A stretch of 64,000 bases of DNA, taken from contig JBIIKH010000001.1 in assembly GCA_044233285.1 (NCBI GenBank), positions 54,972 through 118,971 of the forward strand, read 5' to 3'. The stretch's first letter is position 1, and each line of letters opens with the position of its first letter. Below, in pieces: positions 30,086 through 42,012 of the stretch. The notes under the pieces were generated by a model. That model did no database searches, had not been told where the DNA came from, and saw only the letters and a program-made list of their open reading frames with translations. The DNA comes from Candidatus Planktophila sp. Lineage in GTDB: Bacteria; Actinomycetota; Actinomycetes; Nanopelagicales; Nanopelagicaceae. Made by a program: the position numbers and the translations under genes.

Positions 30086-31503
30086 CGCTTGACCGTTGGT
30101 ATTCCCAGCATTGTTGAAGCAGGACCGGGCTGAGCAATGCGTGCGGCATGTGCGTCAGCGCCTCTGGTCTTTCGAACAGAGAGTGGATTGCCAATCAAAT
30201 AATGTGCTGATGCATCTGTAATGGTAACTGTTACTTCATCACCAGGGCGGGCGACAAATGAATTGTCGAAGTGCACCAACCGAAAATCTTCGCTGCGACC
30301 TGTTAAGCGAGCTTGTGCCTCATCACGACGGCCTTCGTAATCCCCCACCAAAATCTGATGCTGTGTTCCGATTGCTTCTTGATTTACTGACAAAGAAATA
30401 GCCTGTTGATGATTGTGTAGGCGGGTGTAGCGATCTGCAACGACTTCATCGCTAATTTGGTTGGGCATTGTTGCCGCCGGTGTTCCTGGTCGCTTTGAGT
30501 ATTGATAGGTATAAGCAGCGGTAAATCGAGCACTTGAACACACATCAAGAGTTGCTTGGAAATCTTCTTCTGTCTCGCCTGGGAACCCAACAATAATGTC
30601 AGTTGTGATTGCTGCATGTGGCATTGCTGTGCGCACTCGATCCAGAATTCCAAGGTATCGGTCAGATCGATATGAACGACGCATATTCTGCAAGACCTTA
30701 TCTGAGCCCGATTGCAATGGCATATGTAGGTGCGGCATCACATTGGGGGTTTGCGCCATCGCATCGATTACATCGTCTGTGAAATCACGAGGGTGGGGAG
30801 ACATGAAACGCACACGCTCTAATCCCTCAATTGTTCCGCATTCACGTAACAAATTGGCAAATGCTTGGCGGTCTCCAAAATCAACTCCGTATGCATTCAC
30901 GTTCTGACCAAGCAAAGTTATTTCAATAACCCCTTGATCAACCAAGGTCTTGACTTCGGTCAAAATGTCAGCAGAAGTGCGATCTTTTTCGATTCCGCGC
31001 AGTGTGGGAACGATGCAAAAAGTACACGTGTTATTACAGCCTACTGAAACAGATACCCACGAAGAGAATGCAGAAAGGCGACGTGCTGGCAGCGTTGATG
31101 GAAAGTGTTCTAGAGCTTCCAGAATCTCAATTTGAGACTCTTCTTCTATACGTGCACGCTCAAGTAATACTGGCAAAGAGCCAACATTGTGGGTGCCAAA
31201 AACGACATCAACATACGGTGCTTTTTTGATAATTGTTGCCTGATCCTTTTGTGCAAGGCATCCACCAACAGCAATCTGCATATTAGGGTTCAATTTTTTG
31301 ATTGGAGCTAGGAAACTTAGGTTTCCATACAACTTGTTATCGGCATTTTCCCGAACCGCACATGTATTGAAAACAACTATGTCCGCTTGCTCTCCAACTG
31401 CAACAGGAATATATCCAGCCTCATCTAATAACCCGGCAATTCTTTCAGAGTCATGGACATTCATCTGACAGCCGTAGGTTTCGACTGTGTAGGTGCGGGT
31501 CAT
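30082..31503 (-). CDS. miaB: tRNA-i6A37 methylthiotransferase
   Basis: 'TYGCQMN', 'NTCAVRENA', radical SAM 'GCNNTCTFC', TRAM C-terminus. Confidence 0.95.
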   Translation of the reverse strand: MTRTYTVETYGCQMNVHDSERIAGLLDEAGYIPVAVGEQADIVVFNTCAVRENADNKLYGNLSFLAPIKKLNPNMQIAVGGCLAQKDQATIIKKAPYVDVVFGTHNVGSLPVLLERARIEEESQIEILEALEHFPSTLPARRLSAFSSWVSVSVGCNNTCTFCIVPTLRGIEKDRTSADILTEVKTLVDQGVIEITLLGQNVNAYGVDFGDRQAFANLLRECGTIEGLERVRFMSPHPRDFTDDVIDAMAQTPNVMPHLHMPLQSGSDKVLQNMRRSYRSDRYLGILDRVRTAMPHAAITTDIIVGFPGETEEDFQATLDVCSSARFTAAYTYQYSKRPGTPAATMPNQISDEVVADRYTRLHNHQQAISLSVNQEAIGTQHQILVGDYEGRRDEAQARLTGRSEDFRLVHFDNSFVARPGDEVTVTITDASAHYLIGNPLSVRKTRGADAHAARIAQPGPASTMLGIPTVKR

Positions 31504-32222
31504 AGAGAAGTAATTGAATACTCTAAAGTCGAACGATCAACCACGAGCATTTGATGGTTATCTAAATGATCCCAATCAGTATTTCCCCAACCAGTTGATG
31601 CAACAATCATGTCACTGCCACGCTTTGTAAAGCGAAGTTCATAATGATCTTCAGCGCTCCACTCAGACTTGTTTGTTTCATTAAATTCACAAACAGCAAT
31701 CAATGTATCTGGTGTTTGAACCATGATGTTTAAGGCAGTGTAATCGGCAGTATGGCGGATCAGATTAACAATCGAACGCACGCCTTCTACTAGCCCGTGC
31801 TCATCAACTTGAGACAGCATGGCATAAAAGAAACGCTCACTATCGGTTGTTCCCTGAAGCAGTCCTTTATATTCATCTGCAATGTACTTCTCTGCTTCGT
31901 CTCCGGGACGAATAGTGCCGTTGTGCATGAAAGTTGTTGTGCCATATGTAAATGGGTGGTTGTTATCAATATTGACTGTAATTCCTTTAGAGGCAAGGCG
32001 CAGGTGAAGAAGTGCGCCATCGGTCAGAACTTCAGAGCTGGCTTTGGTGAGGGAATCAGAATCCTTCGCTGGTTTAATGTCTTTGAGGATCTGGCCATCG
32101 TGGGCATACCCCCAACCATCTTTGTGTTCTGAAGACATAGCTACAAATTTGTCGAAATCATTACCCACGACGTCGTAAAAATTCTTACGCTCCAGAGATG
32201 AAAAGGCTAGCAATCTGCACAT
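31500..32222 (-). CDS. Class II glutamine amidotransferase (YafJ/EgtC-like Ntn hydrolase)
   Basis: Cys2 'MCRLL', 'HKDGWG', 'HLRLAS', 'NNHPF', 'FMHNG', 'GTTDSE'. Confidence 0.88.
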   Translation of the reverse strand: MCRLLAFSSLERKNFYDVVGNDFDKFVAMSSEHKDGWGYAHDGQILKDIKPAKDSDSLTKASSEVLTDGALLHLRLASKGITVNIDNNHPFTYGTTTFMHNGTIRPGDEAEKYIADEYKGLLQGTTDSERFFYAMLSQVDEHGLVEGVRSIVNLIRHTADYTALNIMVQTPDTLIAVCEFNETNKSEWSAEDHYELRFTKRGSDMIVASTGWGNTDWDHLDNHQMLVVDRSTLEYSITSL

Positions 32223-32243
32223 GGTCGCAACTCTACTTCAAGC

Positions 32244-32912
32244 CTAGAGATTCTTCTTGGCACGCTCTTGTGCTTGCGCCGCACGCCATTTAGCTATTTC
32301 CCCATGATTGCCGCTGAGCAAAATTGCCGGGACTTCAATATCTCGCCACGTTGCTGGCTTTGTGAAGTTTGGATACTCCAAATACCCCTCTTCATTGTGT
32401 GATTCCTCAGCCAATGATTCTGGATTACCAAGCACCCCTGGAATCAAGCGGGTGATCGCTTCGATCATCACAAGGGATGCAACTTCGCCGCCGCCTAATA
32501 CATAATCACCAATAGATACTTCATGCACACGGTGGTTCTTTGATTCATAGTGTTGGCGCACTCGGTCATCAATACCTTCATAACGACCACATGCAAAGAC
32601 CAAGTGCTTTGAGTGTGAAAACTTTGTAGCCATCGGCTGATCAAAACGCTTTCCCGCTGGTGTCAAAATTATTAAGTCGGTTTCCGGTTTCATTAATGGA
32701 TCTAATGCATTGCCCCAGATTTCTGGCAACATAACCATTCCTGCGCCGCCACCATAAGGAGTGTCATCAACAGTGTTGTGATTATCCGTTGAAAATAAGC
32801 GCAGGTCATGAATATCAACTTCGATCAAGCCCTGCTCTTGTGCTTTGCCTAGTAAGGAAAGTTGTAGGGGCGCAAAGTAATCAGGAAAGATTGTTACCGC
32901 ATCAATTTTCAT
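32244..32912 (-). CDS. trmD: tRNA (guanine37-N1)-methyltransferase
   Basis: 'VDDTPYGGGAGM', 'CGRYEGIDDR', 'SIGDYVLGGGE'. Confidence 0.95.
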   Translation of the reverse strand: MKIDAVTIFPDYFAPLQLSLLGKAQEQGLIEVDIHDLRLFSTDNHNTVDDTPYGGGAGMVMLPEIWGNALDPLMKPETDLIILTPAGKRFDQPMATKFSHSKHLVFACGRYEGIDDRVRQHYESKNHRVHEVSIGDYVLGGGEVASLVMIEAITRLIPGVLGNPESLAEESHNEEGYLEYPNFTKPATWRDIEVPAILLSGNHGEIAKWRAAQAQERAKKNL

Positions 32913-33409
32913 GCCATCTCCCCCGTAATTGTTGGCGGAATAACCACCACTTTCTTCTTTGCAATATCTACAGTTGGAACTAATTGATGGACAAAGGGAA
33001 TAAGTTGCTCGCCTTGAGCAGTTTTAATGGCTAACAAATCCTGTCCTGGCAGATTGATTACATCTGTAACCTCACCAAAAACCTCGCCCGATTCCAGTAC
33101 AGCCGCACAGCCAATCAACTGCATTACGTGATACTCGTCTTCATCGTTGGTTTCATTGATATCAACATCGGCATAGAGCAATGTGTTGCGCAGTTTTTCA
33201 ATTCCGTTGCGATCGGAAATACCTTCAAAACCCAACAATAAAATCCCGTTATGAACACGGCCAGAGATGATCTTTAACTCACCATTGGAATCTGTTTGAA
33301 CGGATGCACCAATGGCAAAGCGACGATCAGGTTCATCTGTTCGAACCTCTATCGTCGCTTCACCAAGAATTCCGTGAGCGCGACCAATTCGCCCCACGAG
33401 TAAGCGCAT
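32909..33409 (-). CDS. rimM: Ribosome maturation factor RimM
   Basis: 'VGRIGRAHGILGE', 'LIPFV'; rpsP-khpA-rimM-trmD order. Confidence 0.93.
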   Translation of the reverse strand: MRLLVGRIGRAHGILGEATIEVRTDEPDRRFAIGASVQTDSNGELKIISGRVHNGILLLGFEGISDRNGIEKLRNTLLYADVDINETNDEDEYHVMQLIGCAAVLESGEVFGEVTDVINLPGQDLLAIKTAQGEQLIPFVHQLVPTVDIAKKKVVVIPPTITGEMA

Positions 33410-33411
33410 TG

Positions 33412-33651
33412 TTATCGAGCTTCGTCGGTCTCGATGAGATCGACGCGCACTGTGCGTCCTGCGAGCGCACTTACAACGGTACGAAGTGCCTTTGCTGTGC
33501 GACCATTACGACCAATGACCTTGCCGATATCTTCAGGGTTAACGCGAACCTCTAAAGTTGTTCCGCGACGTCCGCTCTTTTCAGAGACCACAACATCATC
33601 AGGATTATCAACAATTCCCTTGACCAAATGCTCTAGGGCTTCATCCATCAT
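33412..33651 (-). CDS. khpA: KH-domain RNA-binding protein KhpA
   Basis: 'DIGKVIGRNGRTAKALR' GxxG KH loop. Confidence 0.9.
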   Translation of the reverse strand: MMDEALEHLVKGIVDNPDDVVVSEKSGRRGTTLEVRVNPEDIGKVIGRNGRTAKALRTVVSALAGRTVRVDLIETDEAR

Positions 33652-33653
33652 GG

Positions 33654-34199
33654 TTACTCTGCAGCCGCTTCTTCAGCAGGAGTTTCAACAACAGCCTCAG
33701 CTGGAGTTTCAACAACCGCTTCAACAGTCTCAGCTGCTGGAGCTTCTTCAACTACTGGAGTTTCAACAACTGCTTCTTCAACAACAGGATTTGCCTTAGC
33801 TGCAAGCTTCTCCTGTGCCTTCTTCTTCAATGTTGTTGCACCTTCTGCAGGTTCGTTAGCAGCAGCCTTCATTGCTGCTTCGTAAGCAACAACCTTTGAT
33901 GGTTTAGGTGCTGCAACGCGAAGAGTTCCTTCAGTTCCTGGAAGACCCTTGAACTTCTGCCAATCGCCAGTCACCTTTAGCAAAGCCTCTACAGCTTCCG
34001 ATGGCTGTGCACCAACGCCGAGCCAGTAAAGAGCGCGATCTGAGTTGATCTCAATGATTGATGGATCCTGTCCTGGAACGTAGCGACCAATTTCTTCAAT
34101 TGATAGACCATTACGTGCCTTACGCGCATCTGTAACAACAACGCGGAAAAATGGTGTGCGGATTTTGCCCATGCGCATTAAACGAATTTTTGTAGCCAA
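33654..34199 (-). CDS. rpsP: 30S ribosomal protein S16 with acidic repetitive tail
   Basis: 'KIRLMRMGK', 'IEEIGRY', '[10 protein letters not shown]'; TTG start at 34199 after SD GGAG. Confidence 0.95.
   Translation of the reverse strand: MATKIRLMRMGKIRTPFFRVVVTDARKARNGLSIEEIGRYVPGQDPSIIEINSDRALYWLGVGAQPSEAVEALLKVTGDWQKFKGLPGTEGTLRVAAPKPSKVVAYEAAMKAAANEPAEGATTLKKKAQEKLAAKANPVVEEAVVETPVVEEAPAAETVEAVVETPAEAVVETPAEEAAAE
33660..33785 (-). repeat. Imperfect EAVVETP coding repeats in the S16 tail
   Basis: GTTGTTGAAACTCC recurs three times (VVETP x3). Confidence 0.7.
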
Positions 34200-34224
34200 G
34201 AAATTTGTACTCCTGTATTTGTGT

Positions 34225-34314
34225 GCCATGCGTATCAATCGCAGCGGGGTGCGCGATCAATTCATATGACTATCGAATTGTGGATGTTGCTGGGGGTAGA
34301 GGGCCCCTTCAACA
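34225..34314 (-). ncRNA. Candidate structured 5' leader of the rpsP operon
   Basis: Two hand-folded hairpins with C-rich loops (CCCUCUA; ACCCC) downstream of TGGCAGAAT (-10 at 34323-34328). Confidence 0.5.
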
Positions 34315-34359
34315 GGTTCCCAATTCTGCCATTCAAGGGGCCAGATGCGAAATCGGGGC

Positions 34360-35793
34360 TTACTGACCCTGTTCTAGCGCTCGCTTAGCTGGATTGCCTG
34401 ATTTGGACTTCTTCTTATTTATTGGCTTGCTGACCTTTGGCATCGCCGGCATTCCCATGCCGGCAGGCATGCCAGCAGGCATGCCACCATTTCGAACCTG
34501 CTTCATCATCTTTTGCGCAGCAGAGAACCGATCCACCAGATTGTTTACATCCGAAACCTTTCGGCCTGAGCCCAAAGCAATTCGGGCACGGCGCGAGCCA
34601 TTGAGAAGTTTGGGTTCCTGGCGCTCTGCTGGCGTCATTGATTGAACTATTGCTTTAGTCCGTACGATTTCACCTTCATCAAAGTTTTCAATCTGCTTTT
34701 TCATCTGACCTGCACCAGGCAACATTCCCAATAACTTCGACATGTTGCCCATCTTGGACATAGCCTGCAGTTGTTCAAGGAAATCTTCTAAAGTGAAATC
34801 TTCCCCGCTTGCAAACTTTGCTTCCAACTTTGCAGATGTGTCTGTATCAAAGGCCTTCTTGGCTTGCTCTGCCAATGTTGCGACATCACCTAAACCCAAG
34901 ATTCGAGAGGCCATGCGCTCTGGATAGAAAATATCAAACTCATGGAGTTTTTCGCCAGTTGAAGCAAACATAATCGGACGCTTTGTCATTGATGCGATAG
35001 AAAGTGCAGCACCACCGCGTGCATCACCATCGAGCTTTGTCAGGACTACTCCATCAAAACCAACGCCATCTAGGAACGCCTGTGATGTTCTGACGGCATC
35101 TTGACCCATCATTGCATCGACAACAAACAAAATTTCATCAGGCTTAACAGCATCACGAATATCAGATGCTTGTTTCATTAATTCTTCATCAACGCCTAGA
35201 CGACCTGCAGTATCAACGATAACCATGTTGTACTGCTTAGACTTTGCGAACTCTATGCCAGCTTTTGCAACCTTAACGGGATCACCCTGGCCATTACCTA
35301 CTTCAGGTGCAAAGACAGGAACATTGACTGATTGACCAACTACCTGCAACTGCGTCACAGCGTTTGGGCGTTGTAAATCTGATGCAACTAAAAGCGGCGT
35401 ATTTCCTTGATCAGTATAAAACTTTGCAAGCTTGCCAGCCAAAGTCGTTTTACCGGCACCCTGTAAACCTGCAAGCATGATCACTGTTGGAGGATTTTTA
35501 GCAAAGCGCGCTCTGCGTGCCTGTCCCCCAAGAATTTCAATCAGGCTCGCATTAACGATCTCAAAGATCGCATTTGCTTGGTTAGATCCTGACTGCAATG
35601 TTGGCAAAGCATCCAAAGATTTTTGACGAATATCAGCAATGAAATCATCAACAACCGAGAGAGCAACATCGGATTCAAGAAGTGCTTGTCGTATCTCTAG
35701 ACAGGTAGTTTCGATATCTGATGTAGAAATCTTGCCTTTCGAGCGAAGGGAGGAGAATGCCCCACTAAAGCGCGATGTAAGTGACTCAAACAT
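34360..35793 (-). CDS. ffh: Signal recognition particle protein
   Basis: 'GLQGAGKTT', 'DTAGR', 'TKLDGDARGG', Met-rich M domain; start moved to ATG 35793. Confidence 0.95.
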   Translation of the reverse strand: MFESLTSRFSGAFSSLRSKGKISTSDIETTCLEIRQALLESDVALSVVDDFIADIRQKSLDALPTLQSGSNQANAIFEIVNASLIEILGGQARRARFAKNPPTVIMLAGLQGAGKTTLAGKLAKFYTDQGNTPLLVASDLQRPNAVTQLQVVGQSVNVPVFAPEVGNGQGDPVKVAKAGIEFAKSKQYNMVIVDTAGRLGVDEELMKQASDIRDAVKPDEILFVVDAMMGQDAVRTSQAFLDGVGFDGVVLTKLDGDARGGAALSIASMTKRPIMFASTGEKLHEFDIFYPERMASRILGLGDVATLAEQAKKAFDTDTSAKLEAKFASGEDFTLEDFLEQLQAMSKMGNMSKLLGMLPGAGQMKKQIENFDEGEIVRTKAIVQSMTPAERQEPKLLNGSRRARIALGSGRKVSDVNNLVDRFSAAQKMMKQVRNGGMPAGMPAGMGMPAMPKVSKPINKKKSKSGNPAKRALEQGQ

Positions 35794-35820
35794 AAGAACC
35801 GAAGAGTACTTCAACCTCTG

Positions 35821-37454
<1,634 letters not shown>

Positions 37455-37522
37455 AGTCGCTTCTGCTTTCATAAAGGTTAAAAATTCTCGCCTTTGAGAT
37501 GAGCAAACCATCTAGTAGTGCA

Positions 37523-37560
37523 GTTACGAAAGAACGCCTCTACGATTTCAGACGCGTGAC
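37523..37560 (-). promoter_or_regulatory. GlnR-type box upstream of amtB
   Basis: GTCAC-n6-GAAAT-n6-GGCGT-n6-GTAAC, an 11-bp phased match to gTnAc-n6-GaAAc. Confidence 0.65.
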
Positions 37561-37587
37561 AAAAAGTCCTCTTTTGTTAAATCTGGG

Positions 37588-38424
37588 TTACGAGAGCAGG
37601 CCCTTGATGTAGTTCTGAGCGTCAAAGAGGGCAAAGTCAGACTCAGATTCGCCAGTCCCCACCCATTTGATCGGGATTCCTAGTTCAGCCTCGATAGCAA
37701 GGGCAACACCACCCTTTGCACTGCCATCTAACTTTGTTAGGACAATCCCCGTGACTTCGACGCATTCAGTAAATATCTTTGCCTGCTGCAATCCATTTTG
37801 ACCTGTTGTCGCATCGATAACTAAGAGAACCTCATTGATAGGTGAGACTTTTTCAACCACTCGCTTTACTTTGCTCAGCTCTGCCATCAAATCATTTTTG
37901 TTATGTAAGCGTCCTGCAGTGTCAATAATAAAAATATCACTGGCAGATTCGTGCGCACTTTTTGCTCCATCAAATGCAACAGAGGCCGGATCGCTATTGT
38001 CTTTTCCTGAAACAACTTGCACGCCGATTCGATTTCCCCAGGTTTTTAACTGATCAACTGCAGCGGCGCGAAATGTATCCCCCGCGGCAAGTACAACACT
38101 CTTTCCACTCTTTTTATAATACGAGGCAAGCTTTGCCACAGATGTGGTTTTGCCTGTGCCATTAACACCGACGACCATAATTGTTGTTGTCCCGGCAACT
38201 AACACCGGTTCGTGCAAATTGTTCGAAAGATTGCCTGTCAATATCTCAATCAAAGCCAGTTCTGCATTTTCGCTCTTGACCTTCTTTGCCGCCTCTAGGA
38301 AATTCTTCGTCAGAGTTGGCCCCAGATCAGATGCTAAAAGTTCTTGCTCTAGTTCTGCCCAATCCTCAGGTGAAAAATCATTTGTGCCTTTTATCTTGGC
38401 GATGAACTTACTAAAAAGACCCAT
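37588..38424 (-). CDS. ftsY: SRP receptor FtsY (short, NG domain only)
   Basis: 'GVNGTGKTT', 'DTFRAAA', 'DTAGRL', 'TKLDGSAKGG'. Confidence 0.95.
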   Translation of the reverse strand: MGLFSKFIAKIKGTNDFSPEDWAELEQELLASDLGPTLTKNFLEAAKKVKSENAELALIEILTGNLSNNLHEPVLVAGTTTIMVVGVNGTGKTTSVAKLASYYKKSGKSVVLAAGDTFRAAAVDQLKTWGNRIGVQVVSGKDNSDPASVAFDGAKSAHESASDIFIIDTAGRLHNKNDLMAELSKVKRVVEKVSPINEVLLVIDATTGQNGLQQAKIFTECVEVTGIVLTKLDGSAKGGVALAIEAELGIPIKWVGTGESESDFALFDAQNYIKGLLS

Positions 38425-38435
38425 CGAACTAAACC

Positions 38436-41400
38436 TTAGCTAGCGTCAGATTCGCGCAGGCGCTGTGAAATGACTTCAGTAACACCATCACCGCGCATTG
38501 TCACGCCATAGAGCGCATCTGCAATTTCCATGGTGCGCTTTTGGTGAGTAATGATGATCAACTGTGAGCTAGCGCGAAGTTCTTCAAGCACAACCAGTAA
38601 ACGACCTAAGTTGACATCATCCAGTGCTGCTTCGACCTCATCTAGAACATAGAACGGACTTGGACGAGCCTTAAAGATTGCAATCAACATGGCAACGGCA
38701 GTTAGTGACTTTTCTCCACCAGATAACAGTGAAAGGCGCTTAATGCGCTTTCCTGGAGGACGCGCTTCTACATCCACGCCTGTCGTTAATGGATTATCTG
38801 GATCTGTAAGGATCAAACGCCCATCACCGCCCGGGAACAAGCGAGCGAAAATATCTTCGAAGTGTTTTGCAGTTTCTGTGAATGCTTCCATGAAAATTGA
38901 TTGAACTCGATCGTCAACCTCTTTAATAATATCCAGCAAATCCTTTTTAGTGTTCTTAAGATCTTCTAGCTGTTCGGCTAAGAACTTCAAGCGCTCTTCA
39001 AGTGAAGTGAACTCTTCAAGTGCAAGCGGGTTGATTTTGCCAAGCAAATTAAGAGAGCGTTCTGCGGAGGCAAGACGCTTTTCTTGCTGATCACGACGAT
39101 ATGGAACGAGTTCGGTTGCGATGATTTCGCCATCATCAGTTTCGTGGAATGTAGGAACATCATTATCAGGACCGTATTCATTGACCAAAGTAGTGGTGTC
39201 GATCCCAAACTCTTCAACGGTCTTAGCTTCGAGGGTTTCGATGCGTAATTTTTGTTCAGCTCGAGCGATTTCATCCTTATGAACGCTCGTTGTCAACTGC
39301 TCAAGTTCTGAAGTCAATTGACGTCCGCGTGTACGAACAGTCAAAGTTTCACCCTCGCGTGTTGAACGAGACTCTTCAAGGCGACCACGTTCTACTGCAG
39401 CTTTAGCGATAGAGCGTTCAATGTGAATAAGGGCCTCGTATGCAGCTTCGGCAACAGCCTGTGAAATTACGGCAGCACGTGCACGTGCACTTCGACGAAC
39501 AATTGCACGTTCTGAAGCATCGCGCTCTGCTTGTGCAGATTGTTCCAATGCCAACGCACGCGCACCTACTGAATCCACCCGCTCTTCAATTGTGCGAACT
39601 GCCAGTCGAGCTTCCACTTCTGCAGTGCGAGCGACTGAAACTTGATTACGTAACTCCTCCGCATGTGAATGATCAGGCTCTGCAACTTCACCGCGCTGAT
39701 GTAGTTGATTTTGGGCTATGACTATTTCGCCTTCATCGCGAGACTTTGCCGCAGAAGCTTCATTGATTGAAACATTAAGACGCTCAACTTCTGCCATGGC
39801 AGACTTCATATTTTGACCTGAAACTGCCAACTGCTCGGTGAGTGCTGCTATGCGAGCATCTGATTCATTGAGTTTTGATAGCGCTGCATCAAAATCACTT
39901 TGGCGTGCGGCAAGTTCGGTTGATGCAGTTGAAATCTCAAACTTTAAGCGATCACAATTGTGAGTTACTTCCTGCAATTTGTTTTCAAGTCCATCAATGA
40001 GAGCCTTAATTTCAATGAGTGAAGATGAAGATTTAGATCCACCACGGGCACGGCCTCGTGAAATTACATCTCCATCTCGGGTAACAACAGTGACTCCTGG
40101 GTGAGATCTCAAAATCACTTCAGCCGCATTGGCGTTTTCTGCCACAACAGTCGAAGCCAGTAACGATGCAAGTAAATCACCAATTGTGTTTGAACGAATG
40201 TGCGCAGATAGCGGCGTTAAACCTGCTGGAATACTTCCATTACCTGACTGTCCTGGTTCATAAACCAGGACATCTGCTTGACCTAGATTTTCACTACGCA
40301 AAGTTGTCAGTGCAGTAACGGCGGATGAAAGATCCTGCACGACAACGGCATCAGCCAAAGTTCCAAGTGCGGCTGCCGCGGCAGACTCCCATCCATTATC
40401 AATCTCAATCAGACCTGCAATGCTGCCCAAAATAGACACTCCACGAGAATCACGAAGTAGTGCCGATGCGCCATCGCGATTTTGTGAGGTTAACTTCATG
40501 GCCTCAAGTTTTGCTTCTATTGCGTTGCGATCACGATCTGCTGCGCGCTCGGCATCAACTAATTCATTAACTTTAGATTTTGAAGCTTCCATCTGAGATT
40601 TGGCGGCTTCATACTGGGAATCCAGTCCAAGTTCGCCAGAATCTGCACTAGCAATTTCTAACTCATGGGAAGCATATTCGCGTTGCGCGGAATCGACCCG
40701 TGCTTGGGCTTCATCGCGAGATTTCGTAAGACGTTCAATCTCTTCTGCAATTGCCTCAAGCCGAGCATGTAATGACTTAATGTGGCCTTCTTGTCGAGCG
40801 GTTCCTTCACGAGCATCTGCAATAGCCCGCATAGCAGCAGCAATTGTGTCTTCATCACTTTTCAATGCTGCTTCTGCTGCAAGTAATTGTGAAGAGGCTT
40901 CCACTAATGCTTGTTGTGATGAAACAACTCTTTCACGAAGCGCGTTTTCTTCCAGGCGCAAGGAGGCCGCTTCTCTATCTAAACTTTCTGGATCACGACC
41001 CGAAGTTCGCGCCTCTTCTGCCTCTTCATTGAGAAAACGAGAACGCTCTTGGGCCAGGCTTTGCGTTCCGCGAAATTTTTCCCGCAAAGAGCTGAGGCTG
41101 TAATAAGTTTCTTGGGCCGCAACTAAAAGTGGACCCTCATATGCAGCTTGCGCATCGAGTGCTTCCTCACGACGTCGAACTGAATCAACTTCGGCTTCAA
41201 CCGCTGAACGTTTTTCACGCAACGCAGTTTCATCGGCCACTTCAAGTTCGAGAGTTTTCGACATTGAAATAAAGTCATCTGCTAGCAATCGAAGTTTTGC
41301 ATCACGCAAATCAGCTTGAATTGTTGCAGCTTTCTTGGCAACTTCTGCTTGCTTCCCAAGTGGACGTAGTTGACGACGAAGCTCGACAGTTAAGTCTTGA

Positions 41401-41972
41401 ATACGTGCAAGGTTTGCTTGCATTGAATCTAATTTGCGAAGTGCTTTTTCTTTACGCTTGCGATGCTTGAGCACACCAGCTGCTTCTTCAATAAATCCAC
41501 GGCGCTCTTCAGGAGTTGCCATCAAGATTGCATCGAGTTGGCCTTGACCCACAATCACGTGCATTTCGCGGCCAATACCTGAATCACTTAAGAGTTCTTG
41601 AATATCTAGTAAACGCGATGCTTCACCATTGATTTGATATTCACTTTGTCCATTACGGAAAAGAATTCTAGAAATAGTTACTTCGGTGTAGTCGATTGGT
41701 AGAGCACCATCAGAATTATCAATAGTTAGCGAAACTTCAGCGCGACCAAGCGGTGCTCGCCCGCTTGTTCCAGCAAAGATGACATCTTCCATCTTGCCGC
41801 CACGCAGTGATTTTGCGCCTTGCTCACCCATAACCCACGTGAGGGCATCTACAACATTTGATTTTCCTGAACCATTCGGGCCAACCACGCAAGTGATTCC
41901 GGGTTCAAGTCGAAGAGTGGTCGCCGAAGCAAAGGACTTAAAGCCCTTGAGCGTCATACTCTTCAAATACAC
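38436..41972 (-). CDS. smc: Chromosome partition protein SMC
   Basis: 'GPNGSGKSN', coiled coils with hinge, 'LSGGEKS', 'VLDEVEAALD'. Confidence 0.96.
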   Translation of the reverse strand: MYLKSMTLKGFKSFASATTLRLEPGITCVVGPNGSGKSNVVDALTWVMGEQGAKSLRGGKMEDVIFAGTSGRAPLGRAEVSLTIDNSDGALPIDYTEVTISRILFRNGQSEYQINGEASRLLDIQELLSDSGIGREMHVIVGQGQLDAILMATPEERRGFIEEAAGVLKHRKRKEKALRKLDSMQANLARIQDLTVELRRQLRPLGKQAEVAKKAATIQADLRDAKLRLLADDFISMSKTLELEVADETALREKRSAVEAEVDSVRRREEALDAQAAYEGPLLVAAQETYYSLSSLREKFRGTQSLAQERSRFLNEEAEEARTSGRDPESLDREAASLRLEENALRERVVSSQQALVEASSQLLAAEAALKSDEDTIAAAMRAIADAREGTARQEGHIKSLHARLEAIAEEIERLTKSRDEAQARVDSAQREYASHELEIASADSGELGLDSQYEAAKSQMEASKSKVNELVDAERAADRDRNAIEAKLEAMKLTSQNRDGASALLRDSRGVSILGSIAGLIEIDNGWESAAAAALGTLADAVVVQDLSSAVTALTTLRSENLGQADVLVYEPGQSGNGSIPAGLTPLSAHIRSNTIGDLLASLLASTVVAENANAAEVILRSHPGVTVVTRDGDVISRGRARGGSKSSSSLIEIKALIDGLENKLQEVTHNCDRLKFEISTASTELAARQSDFDAALSKLNESDARIAALTEQLAVSGQNMKSAMAEVERLNVSINEASAAKSRDEGEIVIAQNQLHQRGEVAEPDHSHAEELRNQVSVARTAEVEARLAVRTIEERVDSVGARALALEQSAQAERDASERAIVRRSARARAAVISQAVAEAAYEALIHIERSIAKAAVERGRLEESRSTREGETLTVRTRGRQLTSELEQLTTSVHKDEIARAEQKLRIETLEAKTVEEFGIDTTTLVNEYGPDNDVPTFHETDDGEIIATELVPYRRDQQEKRLASAERSLNLLGKINPLALEEFTSLEERLKFLAEQLEDLKNTKKDLLDIIKEVDDRVQSIFMEAFTETAKHFEDIFARLFPGGDGRLILTDPDNPLTTGVDVEARPPGKRIKRLSLLSGGEKSLTAVAMLIAIFKARPSPFYVLDEVEAALDDVNLGRLLVVLEELRASSQLIIITHQKRTMEIADALYGVTMRGDGVTEVISQRLRESDAS

Positions 41973-42012
41973 GCGGTAAACCTATCGTCTCGGAAGCGTG
42001 TTTTTAGCGAAT

